DNA of 64,000 bases from the NCBI GenBank assembly GCA_010093815.1, contig ML996574.1; one strand, written 5' to 3'. Source of the stretch: Pseudovirgaria hyperparasitica. Taxonomy: Eukaryota. The notes beneath the pieces are model-generated. The model saw only the letters and a list, made by a program, of their open reading frames with translations, had not been told where the DNA came from and searched no databases. The translations under genes were made by a program, and so were the position numbers. Position 1 is the stretch's first letter, and every line of letters begins with the position of its first letter. Below, one piece after another: positions 43,617 to 56,088 of the stretch.

Positions 43617-46567
43617 TCACACCCGGTAAGTTTGCCGTAACAGTTGCTCCTTCTCTGTGGGGAGCTGTTGGAGAAATCCATCGAAGTTGTTGATCATTCC
43701 CTTATACACGTCTATGGCCTATACAGATATTAGCTGGCGATTAACAAAGCGGAGGCAGTGGAAAGATGACTCACTTTTTGAAATGCAATTCGCCAATCGG
43801 CTGACGTGTCGGACGACCCGCTCTCGACGTGATGCTTGGGGGCGCTAGCAAGTTCCACGAAGAAATCTAACAGGCAGTGCTCCATGGCGGCCGGGTTGGC
43901 GAGAACCACGTTGATGAATCCGCTCAGCGCGTGGCTCTTCTCGTCTGTCCAGTCTACATGACTGATAATCTTGACGAAAGAGGGGCCGAATTGCGATAAG
44001 TGTGGGGCGAGTGCATCAGGGCAGCCAATGCCTAGTCTGCCTACGGCGATTGCTGCATTCTCATTCAGAGAGATTGGAACCTTATTATTGAACAGAATAG
44101 CAGCCAAACGTTGTAATAAGCGTTCCACGTAGGGGGCCATGCCAGCGCCTCGCCTCATTGCAATCTCACCAGCGGACCAGCAAGCGTTATTGACGACTGA
44201 GTAGTTGGTCTGTTTAGCATCATTCAACACTTGGCTGAGCTCGAGTTGGGCTATCAGAATCTCCAATATCGATGGCAAGTATTCCTGAAGTTGATCAAAG
44301 ACGTAAATGGCGCAATCGCCTAGAAGGGCGTATGCCGACTGTCGAACATCGTTGTTGCCATCGTCCATGCAGTACGCTATCAGTCTGAAAAGATTTGGTT
44401 GAGAAGTAGCAACAAGGTCTGTAATATTCGTACTGTCCAAAGACTGAATGATCGCGCTCAGAAGGTCTAGACTCGTTACCAGAAAGTCTTTGTCTGGCGA
44501 CTCAATCCCAGGATCTTGTTTCGCTAGCCAGTCTGCTTCCAGGTTCTGTTGAATGATGGTGATACATCGCGTGAAGATGGGTTTAGCAAAGGGTGCAAAT
44601 TCGGATTTGAGAGCCGTTGCCACATAGGACAAGCATTCTAGCAACGGGAACATCTCACGCGACTGATCCGAAACCTTGTTCCAGCGGTCTATCAGGGCTG
44701 GCATGAGTATTTGAATAAGCTCTGGTCGCGCAAGCGCCGGGCCTACATGTTCCGCGAGTGTTTGAACACAGTCATACAATATGAACATGTTTCGATCCTT
44801 GTATCGGGCAAAACATTCGACGAACTGTCGAACAATGACAGGGCAGTAGTTCTCGAGTGATCTCCCTGCCTTCTCTTCTAGATTTGCGAATGCTGATGCG
44901 GCAGCCTCTTGTACGCTTTTATTGCTGTCCAGCATTCGTCGAAGTATGCCGTCCATGACCGGAACGAAATATTGCTGTTGGCCATTCATATCGAGTTGTG
45001 ATGCCCACCCTGAATAGCGACCAAGTGACCAGCAAGTAATCTTGCGAACTACGGGCTGCTTATCATTAAGAAGTGATGTGAGGTAATTCGTCAAATCTGG
45101 TAGATGAGGCGTGACCACGTCCATACAGCCCTCGGCAATGGCACCGAGAGCAAGAACGGCGGCCTCGCGGTACGGCCACTCTGGGTGATTAAGATTGTTT
45201 TTGAGGTACTGTTGAGTCTCTTCAAACACTGGTTGGTGGAACACTGATGCCAGCACATCCAAGGCGGCCGCTGAGCATTTTCTAAGATTCCACTGCTCTT
45301 CTGGATCTCCAATGTCTGAGTCGTCGTAGTCCTCGATCTCACCATCACTGAGTTCGTTTTCATCAAAATTTGCGGCAGTCGATTTTCCAGATCCATTAGT
45401 GCTCGTATCGGTTTCACCATTCGTTGCAGCGGTCAATCGGGCGTCCTTAGTCGATGCAAATTGGGGCTTTATATCTTCCTGGTTGTCGTCTTCGTCCGCG
45501 TCATCCTCAGCTTCAGCTTCGAGTCGTTCCACTTCGTCCTTGTCGTATACCATGCTGTCTAGAAGTACAGGCACGATCTGAGGCAGATAAGGGCCAAGAT
45601 AATCTCGGAGATTCTCATCTTCACCGAGACATAGCCAGAATTCAGCAGCATCGAGCGCAAGTTCAGGATCTTCTACAGTTCTCTGTTGTGAGACCATGAA
45701 TTTTACAAGATCGTCAAGATGCGGAGCGATCCGCTCAGGGCTGATATCAGCAATATGAATAAAAGCACGGCATACGTGCTTTCGAACTTCGGTGTTCGGG
45801 TCCGCCGCGAGTTGCGAGAGTTGTGATAATAAGGCGTCAATGTTAGACATGACCGCCGGAGGTTGATCTGCAATGAAAACATTCATGCTCGCTAACGCAT
45901 TCGCACGCACTTTTGGCAGTGGGCTAGTTGTGAGCTGCAAGAATTTGGGAAACAGGTGATTTATCGGCCTTGTACCAGAATAATCTTTGTCTAGAGCTTT
46001 GGTGTTGTCTTCACATAGCTTGAGGAGGGCACCCATAGCCCCCTCCTGAGTCTGCTGTGTTGAATTACCGCTCTCGTTGCTGGCCAAGAGTATCAACTCT
46101 TGAAGAAGTTCCGGCCATCCCATGACTCCTCCCTGACGTATGATCTCTGTGACAACGTTTCCAGCATAGTTTCGCATGTTTGATTTAGGATCTTGAATCC
46201 CAAGTAGAACCATGGACTTGATGTAGTCTTTGCTTGACTGTGGGATTGCCTTATACGATGTCCGAACACCATTTTTCAGCATCATGGCGGCAGCGGCTCG
46301 CACAAGATCGACATACTCTGGGACTATGCTCGAGACCGTTGCGGCTCCACTGTTTGCAAACAAGTATGCTAGATAGTTGTTGATGTCTGGGCTTGCTTTC
46401 GCTTGGTTCAGCATCTGCTAGGTATCAGACGTCTCCTTAGGTGATCGAGGCTTCATGATACCTACAATCTCCGCGTTTCTCATCACATTCTTGTCGGCAT
46501 GATTGAGGGAATCTTGCAGATATTTTGCAAGCTGCTTCAGCGGCTCCTCCTGTGGTTCCCAAGCCAT
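43617..46567 (-). CDS. KAP104: Importin beta-2 / transportin
   Basis: Exons 46567-46466, 46414-43775 and 43718-43617. HEAT repeats, acidic H8 loop (EDIKPQFA...), WNLRKCSAAALDVL, NNACWSAGEI and ENAAIAVGRL. A probable 5'-UTR intron ends near 46723. Confidence 0.95.
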
Positions 46568-47554
46568 GACTACTACTCTCTTGTGTCTCCTCGTGGAGCT
46601 ATATGCGTACGGGAACGCTACGAACAACGGGGGGCGGATACAAGGCTTTCAGCTTAGTGGCGGCCTCGAAGATACTTCTCGTGCCTTTAAATGAGGTCCT
46701 GCTCTGTGCGACGTAGATATACCTGTAGCGTCATGTTAGCGACGTAAATCTCGGGGTGGGATCTCCTGTAGGTTTCTCGCGCTACAGAAGATTACACACC
46801 TACTTTCCCGCGCGTCACTGGGATATTAGCATTTTTCAGGCTACAAGTGACTGGGTGTAGAGGCTCAAGGCTTTCCAAGCTCCGTCGGAAAAAATAGACG
46901 GGGCCGTGGAGAGATCCGGATTGAAGAGGATGACGGAAGAGGATTGTGTAGCCGACCACTAGTACGGGCCAAGCGAGAGATTCGGTGTACGTATATATGG
47001 CCTTGTTGCGCTTTGATCACTTTGTCTCAGGAGAGAAACTTTTTGACGTTTTGCAAAGTTGAGCGGCGAACAGTGGCCATACAGCCTTAACGAATCTGGC
47101 GGGGGACGGTCCCACTTCTGTGTGCCTGCCACTTTTCAGGTTTTGATTGTTGCCTTGTCCCTGAGGCATCTAATACGAAACCGAGGTTCGTAAGCCCACA
47201 TTCCTGCTATGTAGATAGAGCAGGAAGTCGGGAACATATACATATCCTTCGACTCGCTGTTATTCAATATTATGGTAAAAATATTCTATGCGTACGATCA
47301 ACAGTCGAAACTATTGTGTCTCTAATATTGTGCTAACACCCGTATGGTAGTCCAATGAAGACTTGCTACTAATATCTACATTTCGACACCACGCTGCTCA
47401 GCCCTTGCTCTGTCGAGACTGGTGACTCAAGTTTCACTGCACTAATAACAACGGTAGTATGCAGTCAATGACTTTCAACGCCGCCCAATGCACCGCGTAA
47501 AAGACGGATGTCTGCCTAGTAGATGTATACCTGTACAATCCTAGGTATAGATAT

Positions 47555-49730
47555 TTATTCATCGTCCGTATCAGTATCGGTATCCGTCTCGCTAACATCG
47601 TCTTCCTCGTCTGTACCGCTCTCGTCGTCAGAATCCTCGGCGGTAGCTGCAGCAGGCTTCTTCTTCCGCGGTACGTGATCACCCTTGAGGGCGCTCACTT
47701 GGCCTGCTATCGAGTCTGCATAAGTTAGTCAAGCCGCAAAATCCAGGGTCATGTACTTGCCTTCTTCCGGTTCGCTAATGTCTTCTTCCTCGACAATATC
47801 TTGAGCCTTAGACGCCTCATCGATAACCAAAGTGACTTCTTGCCTTGTGTCCATTCCGATATAGCTATCGCAGACAAGATTCATCGTAAATGTGTAGCGA
47901 CCAACCTGTGGAGGGGCGCCGAATTGCATCTTCAGCGTTTGTATCGCGTAGGAGGGCTCACCCATCTTGTCAAAGAGAGGCTTGTTGAATGTTGAGAACG
48001 AGAACGGAGGGACGACAATCTTGCCTTGTTTGCTGTCGGCCAAGAAAACATGCCACTGAGGGGCATGGTCTTGGGCAAAATATGGCGCATAGGCGAGAGG
48101 TGGCTGGATGGGCTTTCCGGCTTCCGCCTCTTTGTCCTCCTTCTTCCTTCCATGGAGCGCATCAAGGTCACCCTCAACAGGATCGGGATCCTCCAACTCC
48201 TTTGGATCGACCGGTGGGAGGTCTTTCTTGCCTGGCGGAACAAAACGAGCCTTCACCACAAATTGTACCAAACTGCTCGGGGTGATAAACCGTTCTCCTA
48301 CGACCTTGAAGAACGCACTTTCGACCTTGAGAAGCGGTAACTGTGAAGCAACCGCCATGGAGGTATTGTACTGCTCCTTGGACAACGCGCCAGAGCTCAC
48401 ACACCTTATCCGACGTTCTGCATCCGATAGCTCCAAGAGTCCCTGAACTGTCAAATGAGTACGTGACTCTGCGCCTTCTATGGATCTAACGACATCGGGC
48501 GTGAAGTAAGGAAGCTGCAGAAGAGGTGATCCACCGGGGGGGATCGCCTGGATAATGTGCTGCGATGCATGATATGCGGCGAGTAAGGGTGCTGTGTTCA
48601 TATATGCGAGAGCGATAGATACGAACGACTGATTAAGAAGACGAGCCGTAGGTGCAACCTGGTATTGCTCAGAAACAAGCTCCTTATCGTCAAGCTCAAT
48701 TCGTCCAAGATATGCCCAGAGTAAAGCGAGCGCCTTTCTGCGAGCTCCCTCGTCCAATTCCTCAAGCTTCTTGCGGTCTTTCAAGCTAAGACCGGCGGCG
48801 GTGGCCGGAAATTGCCCAGGTGCCAGGATTCGCTGCTCCAGTTTTGAGATTCCATGGTCGGCTTTGCTCCCTTCCAGCATGTCCTGGTATTCTTGACCGC
48901 TGCTCAAAGCATTGATCACCCCTCCTTCGGTGATCTCATGGTCATACTCCTTGAACAGATGACCAGCACTGGCAACAAGCACTTTGTCTCGCGTCCGCTT
49001 CTGTTGCCCATACCACCATCGGCCGACAAAGTACGGAAGCAGGACACCAAGCAGTAGACCATAGATAAGTAATACATATTTGCCGTTTCCGTCAGACACA
49101 ATGAATTTCGGTAGCGCAATGCCCATGCTGAAGCTTTGTTTGCCGTCGGGGTGACCGTATTGGAGATAGTTGTTGCGGATCTCTTCGTCAGTAAGTGCCT
49201 TGAATGCCTTTGTCATTTCGACCCATTGTTCATTGATGCTCTCGATGGTCGTGTTCTTCGACGCATCAGGCTGAGCTTTGTCGGGGTGATAGGTAAGGGA
49301 AAGTCTGCGATAATGGGACTTGATTTGTTTCTCTGTTGCGCTCTAGGAATTTATTAGCAGTCGCTCATCTGCACGTCTTGTTACATACCCTTGCGACGCC
49401 CAAAACATCATACGGATCCCAGATTTTGAGAGCTGTTCTGGCTGTTACCATTATCAGGTAGAACATGTATGCGATCATAGACCATGCCAATACAGCAGTC
49501 CATATGCGCTTGGTCTTCAACTCCTTCCTCTTCTCCACTTTCCGATGCCCCTCAATCACATCTTGGTATTTGACTTTGGCGGTGGGCTCGATGCGAGTTG
49601 CGGTATCAGCAAGTTCTTTGCTGGGTTTCAGAACCGAGTATGTCGTGGGTATGGCGACCAGAGCAGAGATTGTGAGAATGAAGTACGGGAAGAACTGCGC
49701 TTGGTCATCGTAATTATAGTCCGTAGACAT
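47555..49730 (-). CDS. SEC63: Translocon J-domain subunit Sec63
   Basis: Exons 49730-49389, 49342-47761 and 47715-47555. N-terminal YNYDDQAQFFPYF, TM helices, J domain with HPD, YGHPDGKQ, Brl domain ending CDSYIGMD and an acidic tail (ETDTDTDTDDE). The second intron is GC-AG. Confidence 0.95.
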
Positions 49731-50509
49731 CTTGAGCGAGCGGGATCCTGGCGCTCAAGGCCAGATAGACGGGGATGAATTCTATGTGTCCAGAGGCCAC
49801 AGAATCAAGGTTCAAATTCTCAGGTACAGTCGAATCATATGGTACCAGATGTCATCTGCTGAATAGTTGGGAACTCCGAAAGTGCGAGAGTTGACGGGTC
49901 AGTGTGGCTTCGGAAAGAACACGGTTTCGATCAGCATGTTATTCTGGGCGGTAGCGCAAGGCAGTATTGGGATAGGACATGGGCCGTGCCCCTGAATGCC
50001 TTAGGCAGGAATATGAACTATCACTCAAGGATTATGGCCACACAAACACGGAATATCTCCAGGGTAGAGTCAGTTGCGTGGAACACCAAGTAAAGTCATG
50101 GATTCCATAGACATTTTTTAATTTTTCACTTGCATTCATATAGTATCCATGATTTGCTACCAGGACGTAGAGCTTCTAAGAACCAACCGAAGTATATGCA
50201 CAGTAACACAAGAGTTTCTGTCCAAAGAGCAAGCTGCAAAGAGCATCACCCGCCATATATGACTACTAAGGACCTTCCAATTGGGAGAAATATCAAAAGG
50301 TGTTCTACAATATGAGGGACCAAGTATGCCACAACTATTACCGCAACAAACTGTCAGCCTTGACAGCCAAACCATAGCAATTCCAACATATCAGGATAGA
50401 CCCCACGGGGCTCTTGACGATGAGAAGGCTCACGTGCTAGCAGCGAACAGTCGAAGGATTGCTTGCAGGATAGGTTCCTCGAAGCGCCGGTGCGATGAAA
50501 TAGTGTAGG

Positions 50510-52067
50510 TCAATCTGTCACTAACCACTCCGACGACTTCCCCTTCTTTCGCTGTCCGTATCTCGGTGTGCCTCCACCAGGAAGTCTCTTCTCACCTGTA
50601 GAAAGATCGTGAACAAGGTAAGGCCTGGGCTTGCGATTCTCATCAGTTTCGGCATTCAGCGCTTCGTCCTCAGCACGGTAAAGTTCTGCCATCTTCCGGC
50701 CACAGCCAAGCTTGACGATGCTTGGGGGAATGGGTGTGACCCCGAGGATGGCACAGGCTTCTCTGACCAAGTCGAGGTACTGCATACTCTCAGGCAAGTT
50801 ATCAGCAACTTGGTTCATGCCTCTGTAGATATGTTCCTTGAGGTCGCTGGCTTTGTGGAAATGAGTACATATATTAGGAACTCAAAACATAAGGAACTCA
50901 CCTGTCCAATACTTTTTGACACCACGAGCAAACTCAGCATTACCACATCTTCGTCTTCTCCTCAAAGAGAGAAAATGAAGGAATAGGTGGATTGATGGAA
51001 CGTCTTGTCTATATGAAACTTTCCGACAGTTATATTCACGATCTTGATTGCGAAACAGGAGTGCCGCTTGGAAGGCGAAACAAAGGTCTTCGGTCGGGAT
51101 CTCAGGAACTTCCTGGTAGTAGCGAGACTCCCAAGGCAGATCCTTTTCGCAAATATATTCAGGACTCAACGCTCCACGGCGCGGGAAATTCGTATTCCTG
51201 ATATACGTGAGTCGTTCATACAGGCCGGTACTCTTATGCTCCGTATACTTAGGATGGGAGCTACGCGGGATACAGAACTCCGGATATACCTTAAACAGTC
51301 CACAGTTGATCAAGTCTTGTAGGTCGACATGGTTGTACTTCGTATGGTCATTGACCTGAATGACGCCAACCGACAACACTTCGTGAGTAAGTTTGCGTGG
51401 ATGCAAGCCGCTGTGGTCAAAGTTCTGCCAGCCTTGCCAATCCCGAATCTTGTAAGCGTTCATAACATCGGTGGCCCAGAAGAATTCGGCTTTCTGTTCG
51501 TCTTTTCTGGTATTAGTGCAAGTGGTTTGTGCTTGGCTGGTCTCCATCGCAGAGATATAACACTGGCTTTGACCTTTTCGTGACCGGCCAAGTGCGTGCT
51601 CGATGGCGAAAAGCATGGATCGTGACCAGCTGATGAACTGATCGTCGTTTCGATCCTTCCACATTAGATGGTTACCTCCCATCACTTTTACTTCCTCGAT
51701 GGGCATATCAAAAAGAGAATCGTAGCAATACTTGTTAGTATTCATGTCTGTAGGCGGACGAAAGAACTCTGGGCTACAAAACCCCTTTGTTCTTTTTGCG
51801 CCTTCTAGCGAGTAGGCTCTGAACAGCAATGGAGGTACTGTAGTGCTCAATGCTTCATGTATGTTAGCGTACGTATAAGTAAATGTGCCAGAAGATGACC
51901 AGATGACCTTTCAAGTTGCGCTGATCAGCTTGATTCAGCTTCGTCTGATTCAGAGCGGACATGCGAATGTACTGCTGATACAGCTTGGGCTTGTAATCAT
52001 CCAAATTGATGATGTCGAAGAGAGAATTGGTGGCTGGTTGCCGTTTATCTTTGTGTATACGCAACAT
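50510..52067 (-). CDS. Fungal hypothetical protein
   Basis: Putative exons 52067-51908, 51852-50902 and 50850-50510 join in frame, although the first donor GTCATC is weak. The 322-aa core carries PPLLFRAYS, DQFISWSRSMLFAI and HEVLSVGVI. Confidence 0.65.
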
Positions 52068-52443
52068 GATTCGAGCAACGACAGGAGAAACGGATGTGAG
52101 ACTAAAGAAAGTGTGTGGTTTGGGGATAGGGATGCTGGAATTGCAATATTTTTCATGATGTGTGTACAAAATCAGGTAGCCAAGGCAACAGAGAGTCGCG
52201 TGTGGACGTGTTATTGACCACAGTGTCAAATCTGTTGTTTTGACACTAGCTGTTCGTTCACGTTGTTCCTAAAATGTTCCCGAGCTCTAGTGTGAGTAGT
52301 TGTGTTTAGGGACGCCAAGCACATGTGAGGAACAGTGCCCGTAAAGGGAGGACTTAGAGAACTGAGGACGACGAGCTAAGGAAATTCATCCACATACATA
52401 GATGCCAAAGGGCAACCCAGACGAACAGAGACATGTGTGCTGC

Positions 52444-53181
52444 TCACTTTTTAGGCTTCCACAACATCCCCCAGATCTTTACACCCTCTCCTCCATCTTT
52501 CTGAAAGCCTTGCGTGTCGACCACGTTCTTGCCCAGGATCACCTCCTCTGTCACCTGCCAGCCAAGCTTCCTATATAACATGCAGCTCTTCTTTGTCGTA
52601 GCCTCTAGCCAAACAGGCTTTCCGGCCTCGCGAGCCACGGTCTGTACTCTCCTCATCTGTGCTGCCGCCAGACCTTTCCCTCGATGCTCCTCCAGAGTCC
52701 CCACAAAAAAGACATAGAAATAATCCTCCTTGCCCAGAGCTCTCGCTTTCACTGCGTCCAGGATAGGCGTATATTCCCAAAGCATACGCTTCGCACCATC
52801 GAGTCCTGCATGCCAAAGAACACTTAGAAAACCGGCTCTGATGACTGTAAGCGGTCCGTCAAGGGAGGACCCCGGAGGCATCAGGATCACAGCAGACTGC
52901 CACGAGTTGGCAGAGTAGAACGTTGCACCATTGATTGCGCCAGCATGTGCAAATGTATCGAAGAGTTTGGGGAGATAGGCCAGACGCCGGGGTTCAGGCA
53001 GAGTATGCACAATGAAACGAATCACAGGATCGTCGTTGAAGCACTTCGAAAGAGTTCGGCCAGCAGGGCCCGCAAACTCTGGAGACTGTCAGCAATCATG
53101 TGGTGGAACATTTAGTACCGACATAGAATAATAAGGAAGCTTCCTACCCTTTCCGCCCTCTTCAATCGTGATAGTTGTCAT
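52444..53181 (-). CDS. GNAT-family N-acetyltransferase
   Basis: Exons 53181-53148 and 53078-52444. FNDDPV, acetyl-CoA motif A (VGTLEEHRGKGLA), WLEAT and YRKLGW. Confidence 0.88.
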
Positions 53182-54263
53182 ATTGGCCGTCGAGCGCAAT
53201 TATTTTGAATCAGATGTGTAAAGTGGCTGACGTTCATACGTTCTTATCTATTCTATCATGAGAGTATCAGTCATTCACATCGGTTAGAGCTGTGAGTACA
53301 ACGAGACAGTGGACATGAAATGAAATGACCCAACCATGCAGGCGTCTCGACAAACAACGTCTCCACAGAAAAAGCCTGAGGCTGAACGAAATCCACATAC
53401 TTCTTAGTAAGAAAATTTGGCCTTGCTCTTACCCAACATAAGCCTGAAAACGAGCCCAGATGACCTTTCTCTAAGCAAAAAGTGCTGGGTTCAGCTTTCT
53501 CCACTCGCCTACCATGGCACATACTCAGATGTAAGATGCGGGCGGTCGTAACCCCTAATCTCGTGACTCCCGAGGCTTGAGTAGGACCCGTTTTAGTCAT
53601 TCTCAGTCTTATCTATTAGTGCGCAGCAAGCGTATACCAGAAACCACAGGAGTCAGATCGAAATGTCTACAGGATGAGAATGGAAGTACTCCGTCTCTAA
53701 TATAGACATGTTTCTTTTCATTTCTCACCAACTACACAGATCGTCTCACAGCCTCTCTTTAGCTTTATATCTCGCTCATCCACCATCATGACGATGATAT
53801 ACCTGTCCACCTCCTCAAGTGACTGTAAAACTATCAGGATCGGAAGGCGAGACTCGGACATGGAGGCCTCTAGGGTAGACCGGGGGACACAACGGCACTG
53901 TTCTCTCAAATTAACTACTTGCAATCTTCACCGCATGTTGTCCCTTTAAGAGGTATGCATGCAGATGTGAGCTTGCTGTCCATAATGCTGACTGACAAAA
54001 ATGTCACATCACATCACACCATATCGTGTCACACAAATATCAGTTAGTCCGTTGATCTCAGGATAGGAATAACATCTATTCGTTCCGATAGACGCGCACT
54101 ACGCTGAATCGCAAGATGCAGGTCTAGTTCAATCGCTGCCCACCATCTGATCCAGTAGTTCTGTATATCCAATGCATTTGTACTATGCCAATTCATGCAG
54201 TCATTACTTCGTGTATCACCTCGCTTCCTTTCTTCCTCTCGCCAGCCACGGGAGCCCAGGACC

Positions 54264-56088
54264 TTAGCATGGCGCGTGTGTCTTGCCGGTCTTGCCTTGT
54301 AGCGAGTGCTCTTCATCAGCGTAGTGGTTATTTGGCTTGCTGGTGATGCCAAACTTCTGCCACGCGCGGATGGTGGTACGCGCAATGTGGTTTTGGTGCT
54401 CCTGGACCTTCTTGGAATCTAGCTCGTCCAGCACCTGGCATGCGAGCTTGATGTCGGTGATCAGGCTGTCACAGCGAGACCTCGAGAAATCCTCTCGTAC
54501 GACAACACGCATAAGCTTGAGCTGCTCCGAGTGCGGTGCCATGGTGTATGCAGGTACTACCCAGCCGCGCTCGCGCAGCTGGTGAGCAATGGCGAATTCG
54601 TCGTATAGCTTACCCTTCTTTGGGTCGATACGGAAAGCTACGAGAGGGAGACCCTCGCCACGACGAGCGGACATGATGATGAATCCAAGATGGTCGAGGG
54701 CTGTCGCGAGGTATTCAGCTGTGCGAGTAAGATTGCACATGATGGCGCGGTAACCGTGCTTGCCGAGACGGATCATTTGGTAGTATTGGCCGATGATTTG
54801 GGACGCGCCTCGGGAGAAGTTCAGAGTGAAGGAGGCTTGATCGGCACCAAGGTAATTGATGTTAAAGACCAGTTCCTTGGGCAGGTACTTGGGGTCACGC
54901 CAGACGACCCAGCCTACGCCGGGGTAGACGAGACCGTATTTGTGACCAGACACGTTGATTGATACGACACGCTCAAGACGGAAGTCCCATTCGAACTCGG
55001 GGTTGACGAAAGGCGCTACGAAACCTCCCCTGGGAATTGTTAGCTAGGTCTGTAGCGGGGAGGATTAAGGGTCTTACGAGGCTGCGTCTACGTGGATTGG
55101 AGTATCCATGCCTCTCTCAATAAGAAGATCATTGATAGCTTTGGTATCTTCGTATTCACCCGTGTACGTTGTACCAAGAATAGTGCAAATACCAATTGTG
55201 TTCTCGTCAACGAGGTCAACAGCCTCGACAGGATCGATGACATATCGGTCTTCGGTACAGAAAGAGTACTTCTCCTCCACATCAAAGTATCTTGCGGCTT
55301 TCTCCCAGCAGACCTGGACGGCAGAGTTCATAACGAGGTTGGGTCGGTCGAAAGGCTTGCCCTCAGCCTTCCTCTTCGCCACCCAGACTTTCTTCATGGC
55401 TAGGACAGCCAACATGATAGCTTCGGAGCTACCAACAGTGCTCGTGCCTGCAGAATGTTACTACTTATTTCCGAGACTGAGTCATGCACACATACCCATA
55501 GGGGCAGACCCTGGCTCGTCAGGGACATTGTAAAGCTTGGCGATCATGGAAACGCAGCGGTTCTGAATGTCGGCAGAAACAGGATACTATGGCATCAATT
55601 AGCTAGGAAGACTTCACACAGAGAGACAACGCACCTCTTCGTAGTCTATGAAGTTTTTCGGGAAGGCCTCCGTCATGAGCTTCTCGGCTTCTTCTTCCTA
55701 CGTCTCTCGTAAGGACAGCTCCAGGAGTTCTGTAGTCACCATTGCCTACCATGTATGTAGTGACAAAACTGGCCAAGCTGCACAATGGATTAGCGAGGTG
55801 CCATTGAAGCTTCACAGAGTCTCGCACTTACTTTAGAGTGGGTGTTCCATCCAAGCTAAGGTCATCCTTGATCATACGGTAGGCGACCTCGCGCGGCATC
55901 TCCCTCTCAGGCATTTCAGTCTTTGGGAGATCCTTGCCAGCCCACTTGGAGCCGTATACGGAGGTATCATAGGTATCCTCCTCGTCGTCAATATCGAACT
56001 TCAGCTCGCCAAGCTTGTCCTTCAAGGCCTTGAGATTCGGGTCGACATCATTGTCCTGAGATCGAGAGACACGGGCAAGATGGACCAT
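54264..56088 (-). CDS. GAD1: Glutamate decarboxylase (PLP-dependent)
   Basis: Exons 56088-55832, 55777-55750, 55697-55635, 55586-55496, 55447-55078 and 55029-54264. Motifs [35 protein letters not shown]-lysine SGHKYG and GWVVPAY. Confidence 0.96.
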
